DNA of 58,190 nt, from positions 1 to 58,190 of IMG/VR virus record IMGVR_UViG_3300027861_000036; one strand, 5' to 3'. This document shows positions 1 through 8,671 of the stretch, piece by piece. Position numbers and translations under genes: made by a program. The stretch is from a virus (lineage: Duplodnaviria; Caudoviricetes). Numbering within the stretch: the stretch's first letter is position 1; every line of letters starts with the position of its first letter. Under the pieces are notes generated by a model that saw nothing but the letters and a program-made list of their open reading frames with translations, searched no databases and had not been told where the DNA came from.

Positions 1-103
1 TTGGAGAATACTCCTCATTTTTTAATGCTGCTCTCCGGATGAAGAACAACTGGTGCTGTTTGTTGAAACACATACACTGTTGTTTTTTGTGTTATAGAAT
101 CCC

Positions 104-319
104 CTATACCGACATGGCATAAGGGTTTTTTGGTTTGACAAATAACCCTTCTTTGATGAAGGAGTTCTCTTGGTCATCAGACCATTTGTCTGTTGCCACT
201 TCCGGCAAACTATGGAGAACTTTTTCTGCTTCCTCTTTTGTAGAGAAAACAAGAAGAGGATGCATAACAGGTTGGGCTTTGCATCCTCTAACAAGGATGT
301 AAACGGTTGTATTCTCCAT
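104..319 (-). CDS. Small hypothetical protein (71 aa)
   Basis: ATG start with an A-rich leader on the minus strand; VFSTKEEAEK resembles small phage early-gene proteins; no family recognised. Confidence 0.5.
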   Translation of the reverse strand: MENTTVYILVRGCKAQPVMHPLLVFSTKEEAEKVLHSLPEVATDKWSDDQENSFIKEGLFVKPKNPYAMSV

Positions 320-385
320 GTTATATAGTTTTTAGACACGGTTAATAAAAATGTAAGGGATGTTTGTTACCTTACTTCAATAGCC

Positions 386-1163
386 ACTTAGCTTTCTTTA
401 TAGAATGCTAAGTCCTACCATTATCTGATGCTTCTAAAGCTGGGTCAGAATCCTCCTGTAAAATGGAACTGCACAGTAAGCATTTATACCTGTTGCTACT
501 TGGCTTAGCATAGCAGGTAAAGCTACAGTTCCTATAAGCTTTTGGGTAGAGAGAATAAACTGACAAGCCAAGGTTGTATAAAGAAAAGTTGGTTGTCATG
601 ATGGTGGCACTTAAAGGGTATCCTTATTAAGCATAATACTATACTATAGCTTACTGTAGTCTTTTATTTTTCTGCAAACATCCGGTTAACAACCTTCTGC
701 TCACAAAACTCTCTACCCAAAGACTAGCCTATAGTAATAGTATATGCTCATAATAGACACCCAATGCCTATTTTTAGCCATATCCATAATAGATATGACC
801 GTGAAAAAAACTAAAATACATGCTTATATGAATGTATGGTGAGTATGATCACCCACTTATTCACACAAACATGCATTTTATTTTGTTTTGCGTGTAAAAA
901 AATACCCTAAACCAAACATAATATGGAACAGTGGTCATACTAATTGGTATAACCCCCGGTAATCTTAGCACTTATTGCAAAATCACCCAAATATAATTTG
1001 GTTTAGAGTATTAGCTTGAATAATTACAAGCGTCTAGGTATGTGCGCATTACACATACCTATTTCTCAACTTTGTCAATGGTGTGAGTAACCATGTTCAG
1101 TAATTGTCACCATGCAGGTAGCAATGCTACGGCAGACATAGTGAACTTGGGGTTGCTAACCCC
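386..1163 (-). ncRNA. Candidate large structured non-coding RNA
   Basis: About 10 stems in an ORF-poor interval, e.g. 812-833/859-880 (22 bp), 901-916/997-1012 (16 bp), 1035-1044/1052-1061 and 616-649/729-762. Most mismatches are A.C on + (G.U on -). Boundaries approximate. Confidence 0.55.
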
Positions 1164-1179
1164 TTCCTCAGGCAAAGGA

Positions 1180-1719
1180 CTACGCTAGTAGACCTTTAGA
1201 CCTGAGGAACGCCACCACGTCTTCCTTCAGCTTGACACTGGCTGGAATCACAACACCGTTAGCTGAGGCGTGAGCCCGAAGCTGAGGGAGTGTGCTTTCA
1301 GCAGTGACAGCTGGAAGCTGTGGTGCAGTGTTGACACAACACCAGTAGCCACCAGTGGCAACGCCACTTTTGGTGATTGGTGCTGTGTCATCCAACAACC
1401 AGTTGGAAACCAGCTGAGAGTCACCGTTGAAAACGGTCTCCATCTGGTTTGTAAACTTGTTGTAGGCAAGACCTTCTGTACACCTGTTCAGAAGTTCTTG
1501 CACTGCAATGTCTGTGATAGGAAGGGCATTGCCCTCACTGTCACAGGGATTGATGAATCCCCACTTCCGTGGGGTTGAATCCTGCACGCGACTGTACCTC
1601 ATGGTACCGTCTGCTTGCAGAGCTCCGCAAGTTTGGTTTCCCGCACTTGTGGAGACGTAGAAGAAGAAGCCACCTGCCTTGGTAGGTCGCGCCTGCTTCA
1701 AGTATACTTTGTGTTTCAT
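1180..1719 (-). CDS. Hypothetical protein with a C-terminal HeH/SAP/Rho-N-like helical motif
   Basis: Likely start is the ATG at 1719 (MKHKVYLK) rather than 1782; C-terminus STLPQLRAHASANGVVIPASVKLKEDVVAFL fits the T..QLR..A...G..IP....K.D.V..L pattern; GC about 50% versus about one third elsewhere. Confidence 0.7.
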   Translation of the reverse strand: MKHKVYLKQARPTKAGGFFFYVSTSAGNQTCGALQADGTMRYSRVQDSTPRKWGFINPCDSEGNALPITDIAVQELLNRCTEGLAYNKFTNQMETVFNGDSQLVSNWLLDDTAPITKSGVATGGYWCCVNTAPQLPAVTAESTLPQLRAHASANGVVIPASVKLKEDVVAFLRSKGLLA

Positions 1720-2004
1720 TACAATGAAATTTAAAGTGTACAATGGCAAAATTGCCACACAGCGGGGGTATCCCAACTGCAAATCTTAGCCGGGGAGCGG
1801 GACTCTAGGACCCACACCCAACCCCAAACACATAACATTGTTATCACCTATTTCTGTATTACCGGGGTTATTTGCTGGTGTCCTTTTTTTTGTTGTTATT
1901 AGAGATATTTGTTTATAAAGAGTTAATGTTGTATTATGGAGGGGGGGTTGTTTAGGGTTTATGTAAGGGGTATTGCATTTTGTTAATTATAAAAGTTTAT
2001 TATT

Positions 2005-2286
2005 ATGGGGGATTATAAAAAGGTGGATTTTGGTGGGGACATTAGTGATGAGATGTTGGATTTGGCATTTGATAATAGTTACCGGATATTTATTGGGGAG
2101 GCTACATTTAAGGAGATTGTTAAAGATAATGATGATGGGGTTGTTGTGTTGGCTCATGACCCAGGGGAGGGTTTTACTGATGAGAACCTGGAGGATATAA
2201 TATTGTATTATGAGTATGTGGAATATTATGAGAGGTGTGGGGTGTTAAAAGATTTAATTAAGGAAAGGAGTAAAAAAAAAGGTTAA
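2005..2286 (+). CDS. Hypothetical acidic protein
   Basis: 93-aa ORF heading the + strand gene run; C-terminal EYYERCGVLKD is UVR-like. Confidence 0.65.
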   Translation: MGDYKKVDFGGDISDEMLDLAFDNSYRIFIGEATFKEIVKDNDDGVVVLAHDPGEGFTDENLEDIILYYEYVEYYERCGVLKDLIKERSKKKG

Positions 2287-2312
2287 ACTTTTTTAATTTA
2301 CTTGAGAATTTT

Positions 2313-2327
2313 TATATTTGTATTATT
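2313..2327 (+). promoter_or_regulatory. Putative promoter (TAnnTTTG followed by TATTATT)
   Basis: TATATTTG matches the Bacteroidota sigma-A -7 consensus TAnnTTTG; similar elements sit in the gaps at 12592, 17594 and 43464. Confidence 0.35.
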
Positions 2328-2350
2328 GTAAATATAAAAAGGTATATGTT

Positions 2351-2656
2351 ATGGAACAGGAAAAAGTAATTAAAGAAGAGCAGCCTGATGTGCAGATGTC
2401 TCAGGATGAGTTGAATGAGAGAAGGGCTAAGGTCACAGAGTTTTACAGGGATAACATTGAGCATCTTACTGTGCAGTTGGAGTATGAGAAGATACTGACA
2501 GAGATAGAGGAGCACCGTGCAAAGAGGTTGCAGGCTCAGATGTTTATAGCTGAGGCTATGGCAGCACAGCAGGAAGATCCTACACGTACTCAGGCACGTG
2601 AGGAATTTGATGAGGCTATGGATACAATGGCTAAGAGAACTTTAAAACGTACATGA
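2351..2656 (+). CDS. Hypothetical coiled-coil protein
   Basis: E/Q/A-rich helical ORF; start more likely MEQEK (2351) than 2318; stop overlaps the next start (ATGA). Confidence 0.75.
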   Translation: MEQEKVIKEEQPDVQMSQDELNERRAKVTEFYRDNIEHLTVQLEYEKILTEIEEHRAKRLQAQMFIAEAMAAQQEDPTRTQAREEFDEAMDTMAKRTLKRT

Positions 2657-3567
2657 TGGAGACATTAAAGGTTGGGTCTAAGGGTATTAATGTTGTTAAT
2701 TTGCAGAGTATTTTGCAGATAACGCAAGATGGTTTGTTTGGCAGGAAGACAGAGGTTGCTGTCAAGAACTTTCAGATGTACAGGGAGTTGAAGGCAGATG
2801 GTATTGTTGGTATGGAGACATGGGCAAGTTTGTTGTCACATGTTGGTCCTATAGAGGCAATAGATCAGGATTCAGATCTTCAGTATTTTGAGACAAATTA
2901 TGATCAGCGTATAGAGAAGTATTATTTACCTAAGGGTGAGTATGTTGAGCATAAGTATAATAATAGGTATTGTTTTTTGCATCATACTGCAGGGAGGGAA
3001 AATCCTTATAGGGTTATAGATTCTTGGGGTAGGGATGACAGAGGAAGAGTGGGTACTGAGTTTGTGTTGGGGGGGATGAGTCATACTACGGGAAATGCAG
3101 ATAATGATGGGATTATGGTTCAGGCATTTCCTGAGGGTAATCATGCCTGGCATCTTGGAAAGACTGGTTCGGGGATGATGAACAAGGCTAGTGTAGGAAT
3201 AGAGATTTGTTCTATGGGTTATTTGGATAATGATTATAAGACTTATGTTAATAGTAAGTGTTTAGCATCTCAGGTGTGTAAGTTGGTAGAACCTTTTAAG
3301 AATAGGGTTTACTGGCATAAGTATTCTGACCGTCAGTTGGAGGAGATAGAGAAATGGATAAAGTATATAGGGGAGAGGGATCAGATAGATATGCGTTTGG
3401 GTTTAAAGCAATGGATTAAGAAGTATGGTCCTTCAAAGGCTTTTGATTTTCAGGAGGATGCTTATTATGGTAAGGTTGAAGGGTTGCTGACACACACAAA
3501 TGTCAGGAAAGATAAATATGATTGTTTCCCGGACCCTGGTCTGGTGGATGTTATCATGAGTTTATAG
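2653..3567 (+). CDS. Endolysin: N-terminal peptidoglycan-binding domain plus Amidase_2 N-acetylmuramoyl-L-alanine amidase
   Basis: LKVGSKG..V..LQ..L....DGLFG..TE.AV..FQ....L.ADGIVG..TW (PG_binding_1); HHTAG, AWHLG, SVGIEIC and THTNVRKDKYDC amidase motifs. Confidence 0.9.
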   Translation: MMETLKVGSKGINVVNLQSILQITQDGLFGRKTEVAVKNFQMYRELKADGIVGMETWASLLSHVGPIEAIDQDSDLQYFETNYDQRIEKYYLPKGEYVEHKYNNRYCFLHHTAGRENPYRVIDSWGRDDRGRVGTEFVLGGMSHTTGNADNDGIMVQAFPEGNHAWHLGKTGSGMMNKASVGIEICSMGYLDNDYKTYVNSKCLASQVCKLVEPFKNRVYWHKYSDRQLEEIEKWIKYIGERDQIDMRLGLKQWIKKYGPSKAFDFQEDAYYGKVEGLLTHTNVRKDKYDCFPDPGLVDVIMSL

Positions 3568-3741
3568 GGCAGGCTTGGTATTAATTTATTATTAATCATA
3601 TCGGGGTTTGATGGTTCTTTAATGTCAGCCTGTCTTTAAGATATAGGGAAGGGGAGAAACTATTTTTATTTAATTTTATTATTTAATTATGGGTTAAGAT
3701 GTTTCGTTTATGACTAGATTAAACTGCCCCCTTCTCTTTTT
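3566..3741 (+). ncRNA. Two tandem large-loop stem-loops (candidate sRNAs; the second is terminator-like)
   Basis: Stems 3566-3584/3619-3636 and 3645-3654/3728-3737, both with G.U pairs on +; the two loops resemble each other; T-run after the second stem. Confidence 0.4.
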
Positions 3742-3753
3742 AAAATTTAAAAT

Positions 3754-4125
3754 ATGGCAATTGTAAAAAAGGTGGGTAAGAAGGTAAAGGTCAGCATAGA
3801 AGAGACTATTAAGTATCAGATAATAACATATTGCTTCTTTAAAAAGATTCACATCAGTAAGTCAGACCTTGCATTCTTAGCTGAGTTATCAAAGAATGAT
3901 GGTATTGAACTTACAATGTTCTGCAATCTTGTTGCAGAGAAACAAATCTTTAAGAGTACACAGTCTGCAAGAAACGCTGTTACAAAAGCAGAGAAGAAAA
4001 ACCTGGTTGTTAAAAATGGAGGTAATAGAAAGACTATAAGTATATCCAAAGATATTAATGTGCAAACAAAAGGATTAGTTCTTTTAGATTTTAAAATCCT
4101 GGGTAATGAAACCAAAGAAGCATAA
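3754..4125 (+). CDS. Basic, probably winged-helix DNA-binding protein
   Basis: Lys-rich 123-aa ORF; STQSARNAVTKAEKKNLVVKNG resembles a recognition helix plus wing. Confidence 0.6.
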   Translation: MAIVKKVGKKVKVSIEETIKYQIITYCFFKKIHISKSDLAFLAELSKNDGIELTMFCNLVAEKQIFKSTQSARNAVTKAEKKNLVVKNGGNRKTISISKDINVQTKGLVLLDFKILGNETKEA

Positions 4126-4474
4126 AGAGTTTAAAAAAGGTATAGCACAGGAGATTGGTGTTCATCAAAATGTTGTTGATGATTTTATTAAGTTCTATTA
4201 TGATAAGGTGAGAGATGGTCTGTCTACACTGGGCTATCCAAGGGTTTATGTGGATTGTCTGGGGACCTTTGTGGTTCGTAAAGGAAGACTTGACAAATCA
4301 ATCAAGAGGAATAAAGATATCCTTGGTAATATTAGTAAGCAGACATACAAGGGTTATGAGAAAAGTGTCATTGTAGCTGAGAAGCTTAAGAATATGGAAA
4401 GGGTGCAGGCAGATTATGAGCAAATTTTTAAAGAGAAAGCAGCTTTCAAACAAAAGAAAAATGGATCTAAGTAA
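4106..4474 (+). CDS. HU/IHF-like DNA-binding protein
   Basis: IAQEIGV....VDDFI helices and VYVDCLGTFVVRK, resembling the HU/IHF V.I.GFGTF.V motif. Confidence 0.65.
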   Translation: MKPKKHKEFKKGIAQEIGVHQNVVDDFIKFYYDKVRDGLSTLGYPRVYVDCLGTFVVRKGRLDKSIKRNKDILGNISKQTYKGYEKSVIVAEKLKNMERVQADYEQIFKEKAAFKQKKNGSK

Positions 4475-4784
4475 ATACATGAACGCATTTAAGAATACCG
4501 GTCAAATTCTTGAGGGTATAAAGAATAATGTTTTTAAGTCAGAACATATTGAAGCAGAGGCCGCTAAGAGATGGGCCACCTGTTTGAATTGTCCATTCCT
4601 GGATATAATAGGTAAGGATTGTTTGATAAAAGGAGCTGCCCCCTGTTGTTCTAAATGTGGTTGTTCATTAAAATATAAAACAAGAGCTCTATCTAGTGAT
4701 TGCCCTGTGGGTAACTGGAATGCTCTCATGGATGAAGAAACTGAAGATACACTAAAAGAAAAAATAAACTATAAAGAACCATGA
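4461..4784 (+). CDS. Small Cys-rich (zinc-binding) protein
   Basis: R...CLNCP, CSKCGC.L..K and CPVGNW; start MDLSKY at 4461. Confidence 0.7.
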   Translation: MDLSKYMNAFKNTGQILEGIKNNVFKSEHIEAEAAKRWATCLNCPFLDIIGKDCLIKGAAPCCSKCGCSLKYKTRALSSDCPVGNWNALMDEETEDTLKEKINYKEP

Positions 4785-5593
4785 GTGTTATATTCAAAGA
4801 AGAAGGTCACACATATGAAAGTAATGATGGAGAAAATATAAAATGGATTAGTGTCACAACACTGATAAGTAAATTTAAACCCAGGTTTGATGCTAAAGCT
4901 ATGGCTATTAAGTCTTCTAAGAATAGAAGGTCTAAATGGTGGGGTATGCATCATGAGGATATAATGGCTATCTGGAAAAAGGAAACAGATAGGTCTTGTA
5001 AACTTGGAACATGGTATCATAATCAAAGAGAAAATGATATTCTTGATTTTAAAACCATTGAGCGTAATGGTACTGAGGTTCCTATTATAAAACCTGTGTT
5101 TAAGAATGGTGTAAAGGTTGCTTCCCCACAAAAACTTACAGAAGGTGTCTATCCTGAACATCTTGTTTATCTTAAATCTGCACATATCTGTGGACAGGCT
5201 GATGTTGTTGAAGTTGTAAACGGTAAAATAAATATTACAGATTACAAAACCAACAAAGAGATCAAAGAGAAGGGTTATACCAACTGGGAAGGGGTAACAT
5301 CTAAGTTGTTTCCTCCAATTAATAGCCTGGATGACTGCCATCTAAGTCATTATAATATCCAATTAAGTATTTATGCGTATATAATACAGAAGCATAACCC
5401 CAAATTAAAAATAGGGGATCTGATTATTCAACATGTTAAGTTTAAACAGTTGGGTGTGGATGAGAATGGTTACCCTATAAATGAATTGGTGAAAGGAGAA
5501 CCTGTTATTGAAGAAACTAAAATTTATAAACTCCCTTATCTTAAAGATGAGGTGAGAAGTATTATAATGTGGCTAAAAGATAATAAATTATGA
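4781..5593 (+). CDS. PD-(D/E)XK (Cas4/RecB-like) exonuclease
   Basis: SVTTLI, GTWYH, GQADVV, ITDYKT and YNIQLSIY motifs. Confidence 0.85.
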   Translation: MSVIFKEEGHTYESNDGENIKWISVTTLISKFKPRFDAKAMAIKSSKNRRSKWWGMHHEDIMAIWKKETDRSCKLGTWYHNQRENDILDFKTIERNGTEVPIIKPVFKNGVKVASPQKLTEGVYPEHLVYLKSAHICGQADVVEVVNGKINITDYKTNKEIKEKGYTNWEGVTSKLFPPINSLDDCHLSHYNIQLSIYAYIIQKHNPKLKIGDLIIQHVKFKQLGVDENGYPINELVKGEPVIEETKIYKLPYLKDEVRSIIMWLKDNKL

Positions 5594-6108
5594 TAGTAAG
5601 ATTATTTGATATCCAAAATGGGAAAGTAGTGCCCTCAGAACATTGCTATACAATGAAGTTCCTAAAAAGAATTATGGAAAATTATCCTGATACATATAAT
5701 AAGGTATACCAATACTTGTTTTATATGACTTGCCCGGATCCAGATCTTAATCCATTCTTTAATCTACCGGAACATGAAAAAGAAGATATTATCATAGATG
5801 AGATAGAATTAGAAGAGTCTGTAGAAGATGCTAATATAAGGTATGGGGTGGAAATGTGTGAAAAATTATATCAGACACCAACCTTTAGAGCTTATATTGG
5901 TATTAAGTCTATGTTAGATAGATTAGCAAGATACATGGAGGTAACACCAATAGAACATGGTAGAGATGGTAACATAAACTCTATGGTAAATGCTGCAGCT
6001 AAGTTTGAACAAATTAGAAACTCCTATAAAGGAGCTTTCCATGATATAAAGAAAGAACAAGAAAGTAGAGTACGTGGAGGACAGGGTTTAGCTTATGATC
6101 AAATGTAA
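5590..6108 (+). CDS. Conserved helical protein, possibly terminase small subunit
   Basis: Position shortly upstream of TerL; helical with an RVRGG C-terminus; function inferred from synteny only. Confidence 0.5.
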   Translation: MIVRLFDIQNGKVVPSEHCYTMKFLKRIMENYPDTYNKVYQYLFYMTCPDPDLNPFFNLPEHEKEDIIIDEIELEESVEDANIRYGVEMCEKLYQTPTFRAYIGIKSMLDRLARYMEVTPIEHGRDGNINSMVNAAAKFEQIRNSYKGAFHDIKKEQESRVRGGQGLAYDQM

Positions 6109-6219
6109 AATATGGAGTACTTAAAAGATATATTATTTCAAAATCTTACAAAAGAAGAAGAAATAAAAATAGAAGGGGATACAAAGTATTTAATAAATAA
6201 TTCATTTAAAACCAATAAA

Positions 6220-6492
6220 ATGAAAATAATACCAATTGGTAAGAAGGTGTTGATTAAAGAACAAGAAGCACCAAAGTATTTTAAAGGTTCAACCATTTTA
6301 ATTCCTGCAACTGCTCAGGAAAAACAATATAAAGCTTATATTGTAGCTGTAGGTAAGGAAGTAGATGAAGTAATTGTAGGAGATTTAATCCAATATTCTA
6401 CTTACGCTAACCCTACAGAAATGTTTCATAATGATGAAAAACATTATCTTATTAATGTACAGGATATATTTGCAATAATTATAGATGCATAA
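6220..6492 (+). CDS. groES: GroES/Cpn10-like co-chaperonin
   Basis: MKIIPIGKKVLIK, IVAVG, VIVGDLIQY and YLINVQDIFAII match Cpn10; start placed at ATG 6220 (track start 6112 adds 36 non-homologous residues). Confidence 0.85.
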   Translation: MKIIPIGKKVLIKEQEAPKYFKGSTILIPATAQEKQYKAYIVAVGKEVDEVIVGDLIQYSTYANPTEMFHNDEKHYLINVQDIFAIIIDA

Positions 6493-8671
6493 AAAAATAC
6501 CTACATATAAGAATGGTAAGTGGGATATAACAGAATTTAATGATGATAAAGAATTTAGAGAGTTTCTTTTGAAGCTGTTTAAAGAACCCGGTCATTATAA
6601 TTTTGATGAAACCGCTCATATGTTTAATGAGCAGGCAAGATTTTTTGATAAACATAAGTTTTATTGTAATAAACCTTTCAGATCAAAAGATTTTATCACT
6701 TACTGGAACGATCAAAAGTATAAGTGTAGAAATGGTGCCATCTTTCATAGTAAGAATGGCACTTGGTATTTAACCAGGGATTATTACATGTGGTTAAACT
6801 TTCTACCTATATATGATAAGGAAGAAAAAAAGTATGGATTTGCAAAAGTCAGAGATGCCCAATATCATATGGCATTATATGAGATTCTTGCAGAATTGCA
6901 TAATGAGCATGCTGCTATATTAAAGAAAAGGCAGATAGCATCTTCTTATTTCCACATGGGAAAGATAATAAATCAATATTGGTTTGAAGAAGGTAGTATT
7001 TGTAAGATAGGTGCTTCACTTAAAGACTATATTAATGATAAAGGCTCTTGGAAATTCTTAGATGAATATAAAGATTTCTTAAATGAGCATACTGCTTGGT
7101 ATAGGCCAAGTAATCCGGAGAAGATTTTAATCTGGCAGCAACAGATTGAAGTACGTATAGATAATAAGAAGATAAAAAGGGGGTTAAAGTCTAAAATACA
7201 AGGAGCATCTTTTGAAAAGAACCCTACTACAGGTGTTGGTGGTCCATGTACTATATTCTTCCATGAAGAAGCAGGTATAGCTCCTAAGATGATGCAGACA
7301 TATGAGTATTTACGTCCTGCAATGGCATCCGGTATGATGACAACAGGTATGTTTATAGCTGCAGGTTCCGTTGGTGATCTTGATCATTGTAAACCATTGA
7401 AAGAGATGATATTAAATCCCAGAGTTCATGGGATTTTTGCTGTTAAAACAAACCTTATGGATGCTGATGGAGCTATTGATATGGCAGGTTTGTTTATCCC
7501 GGAGCAATGGTCAATGCCCCCTTTTATAGATAAGTTTGGCAACTCTTTAATTGAAAAAGCATTAGAAGCTATAGTTAAAGAAAGAAAAACCTGGAAGGCT
7601 GAGTTAAATGCTGAGTTATATCAACTTAGAATATCCCAAAAACCAACAAACATTGCTGAAGCTTTTGCGTATAGAAAAGAATCTATCTTTCCTCAAGGTA
7701 TAATAGCACAACAACTAAAGAAAATAGAAGATAAAGAATATAGTTATGAGCATATTGAGCTTGAGAGAGATCAAACAGGGATAATAGCTAAACGGTCAAG
7801 AAAGCAACCAATATCTACTTTTCCCGTAAATAAAAAGCAAGTGGATAAGACTGGGTGCCTTGTTGTTTGGGAAAGACCGGTGAAAAATCCTGAGTTTGGA
7901 ATGTATTATGCTAGTATTGACCCTGTTTCTGAAGGAAAAACTACAACATCTGACTCTTTATGTAGTATCTTTGTATATAAGAATCCTGTAGAGATAATAA
8001 GAGAAACACCAGAAGGTTTTGAACATATTATAGAAAAAGATAAAATTGTTGCTGCCTGGTGTGGAAGATATGATGATATAAATAAAACACATAATCAATT
8101 AGAATTGATTATACAATGGTATAACGCATGGACTATTGTTGAGAATAATATATCATTGTTTATTCAGCATATGATAGCTAAAAAGAAACAAAAGTATCTT
8201 GTACCAAAACAACAGATACTCTTTTTAAAGGAATTAGGTTCTAATAGAAATGTATTTGCAGAATATGGCTGGAAGAATACGGGTAGTTTGTTTAAAAACC
8301 ATTTAATATCTTATGCTATAGAATTTCTTAGAGAAGAGATAAATGAAGAGCTTGATGATAATGGTGAAGTTATGTCTGTTACATTAGGTATAGATAGAAT
8401 ACCGGATCATATGTTGTTAAAAGAGATGGCAAGTTATTATCCTGGATTGAACGTAGATAGGTTAGTAGCTTTCTCAGCGTTAATAGCTTTTGCTAAAATA
8501 CAGCAATCAAATAGAGGCTATCATAAAAGAAGAGAAACAGATGGATCAAATAACTTGGAGAAATCAAAAAATTTGTATAAATTAAAATACAACCCTTTTA
8601 AGAATATAGGGAAGAAAAAAAGAATTGAAGGTGGTGGTCATAAACGCTCCCCTTTTAAAAACTTTAAATAA
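6485..8671 (+). CDS. terL: Terminase large subunit
   Basis: LKKRQIASSY (Walker A-like), IFFHEEAG (Walker B), SIDPVSEG and NVDRLVAF (RNase H-like nuclease); directly upstream of the portal. Confidence 0.9.
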   Translation: MHKKIPTYKNGKWDITEFNDDKEFREFLLKLFKEPGHYNFDETAHMFNEQARFFDKHKFYCNKPFRSKDFITYWNDQKYKCRNGAIFHSKNGTWYLTRDYYMWLNFLPIYDKEEKKYGFAKVRDAQYHMALYEILAELHNEHAAILKKRQIASSYFHMGKIINQYWFEEGSICKIGASLKDYINDKGSWKFLDEYKDFLNEHTAWYRPSNPEKILIWQQQIEVRIDNKKIKRGLKSKIQGASFEKNPTTGVGGPCTIFFHEEAGIAPKMMQTYEYLRPAMASGMMTTGMFIAAGSVGDLDHCKPLKEMILNPRVHGIFAVKTNLMDADGAIDMAGLFIPEQWSMPPFIDKFGNSLIEKALEAIVKERKTWKAELNAELYQLRISQKPTNIAEAFAYRKESIFPQGIIAQQLKKIEDKEYSYEHIELERDQTGIIAKRSRKQPISTFPVNKKQVDKTGCLVVWERPVKNPEFGMYYASIDPVSEGKTTTSDSLCSIFVYKNPVEIIRETPEGFEHIIEKDKIVAAWCGRYDDINKTHNQLELIIQWYNAWTIVENNISLFIQHMIAKKKQKYLVPKQQILFLKELGSNRNVFAEYGWKNTGSLFKNHLISYAIEFLREEINEELDDNGEVMSVTLGIDRIPDHMLLKEMASYYPGLNVDRLVAFSALIAFAKIQQSNRGYHKRRETDGSNNLEKSKNLYKLKYNPFKNIGKKKRIEGGGHKRSPFKNFK

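Noticed and set aside
408-599. 63-aa minus-strand ORF, and the overlapping 22-339 and 1248-1578 alternative frames
   Set aside because: No protein-like features; they overlap the structured region or better-supported genes.
386-1163. Group I/II intron, tmRNA or RNase P identity for the structured region
   Set aside because: No interrupted gene and no conserved core motifs recognised by eye; a covariance-model search is needed to exclude them properly.
3585-3618. Pairing of the first hairpin loop with the start region of the 25835 gene (CCCCATGATAAATAA)
   Set aside because: The match needs a gap and a mismatch in very AT-rich sequence and cannot be told apart from chance.
4781-5593. CRISPR-Cas association of the Cas4-like nuclease
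   Set aside because: No repeat-spacer array or other cas genes in the window; solo PD-(D/E)XK nucleases are common in phages.
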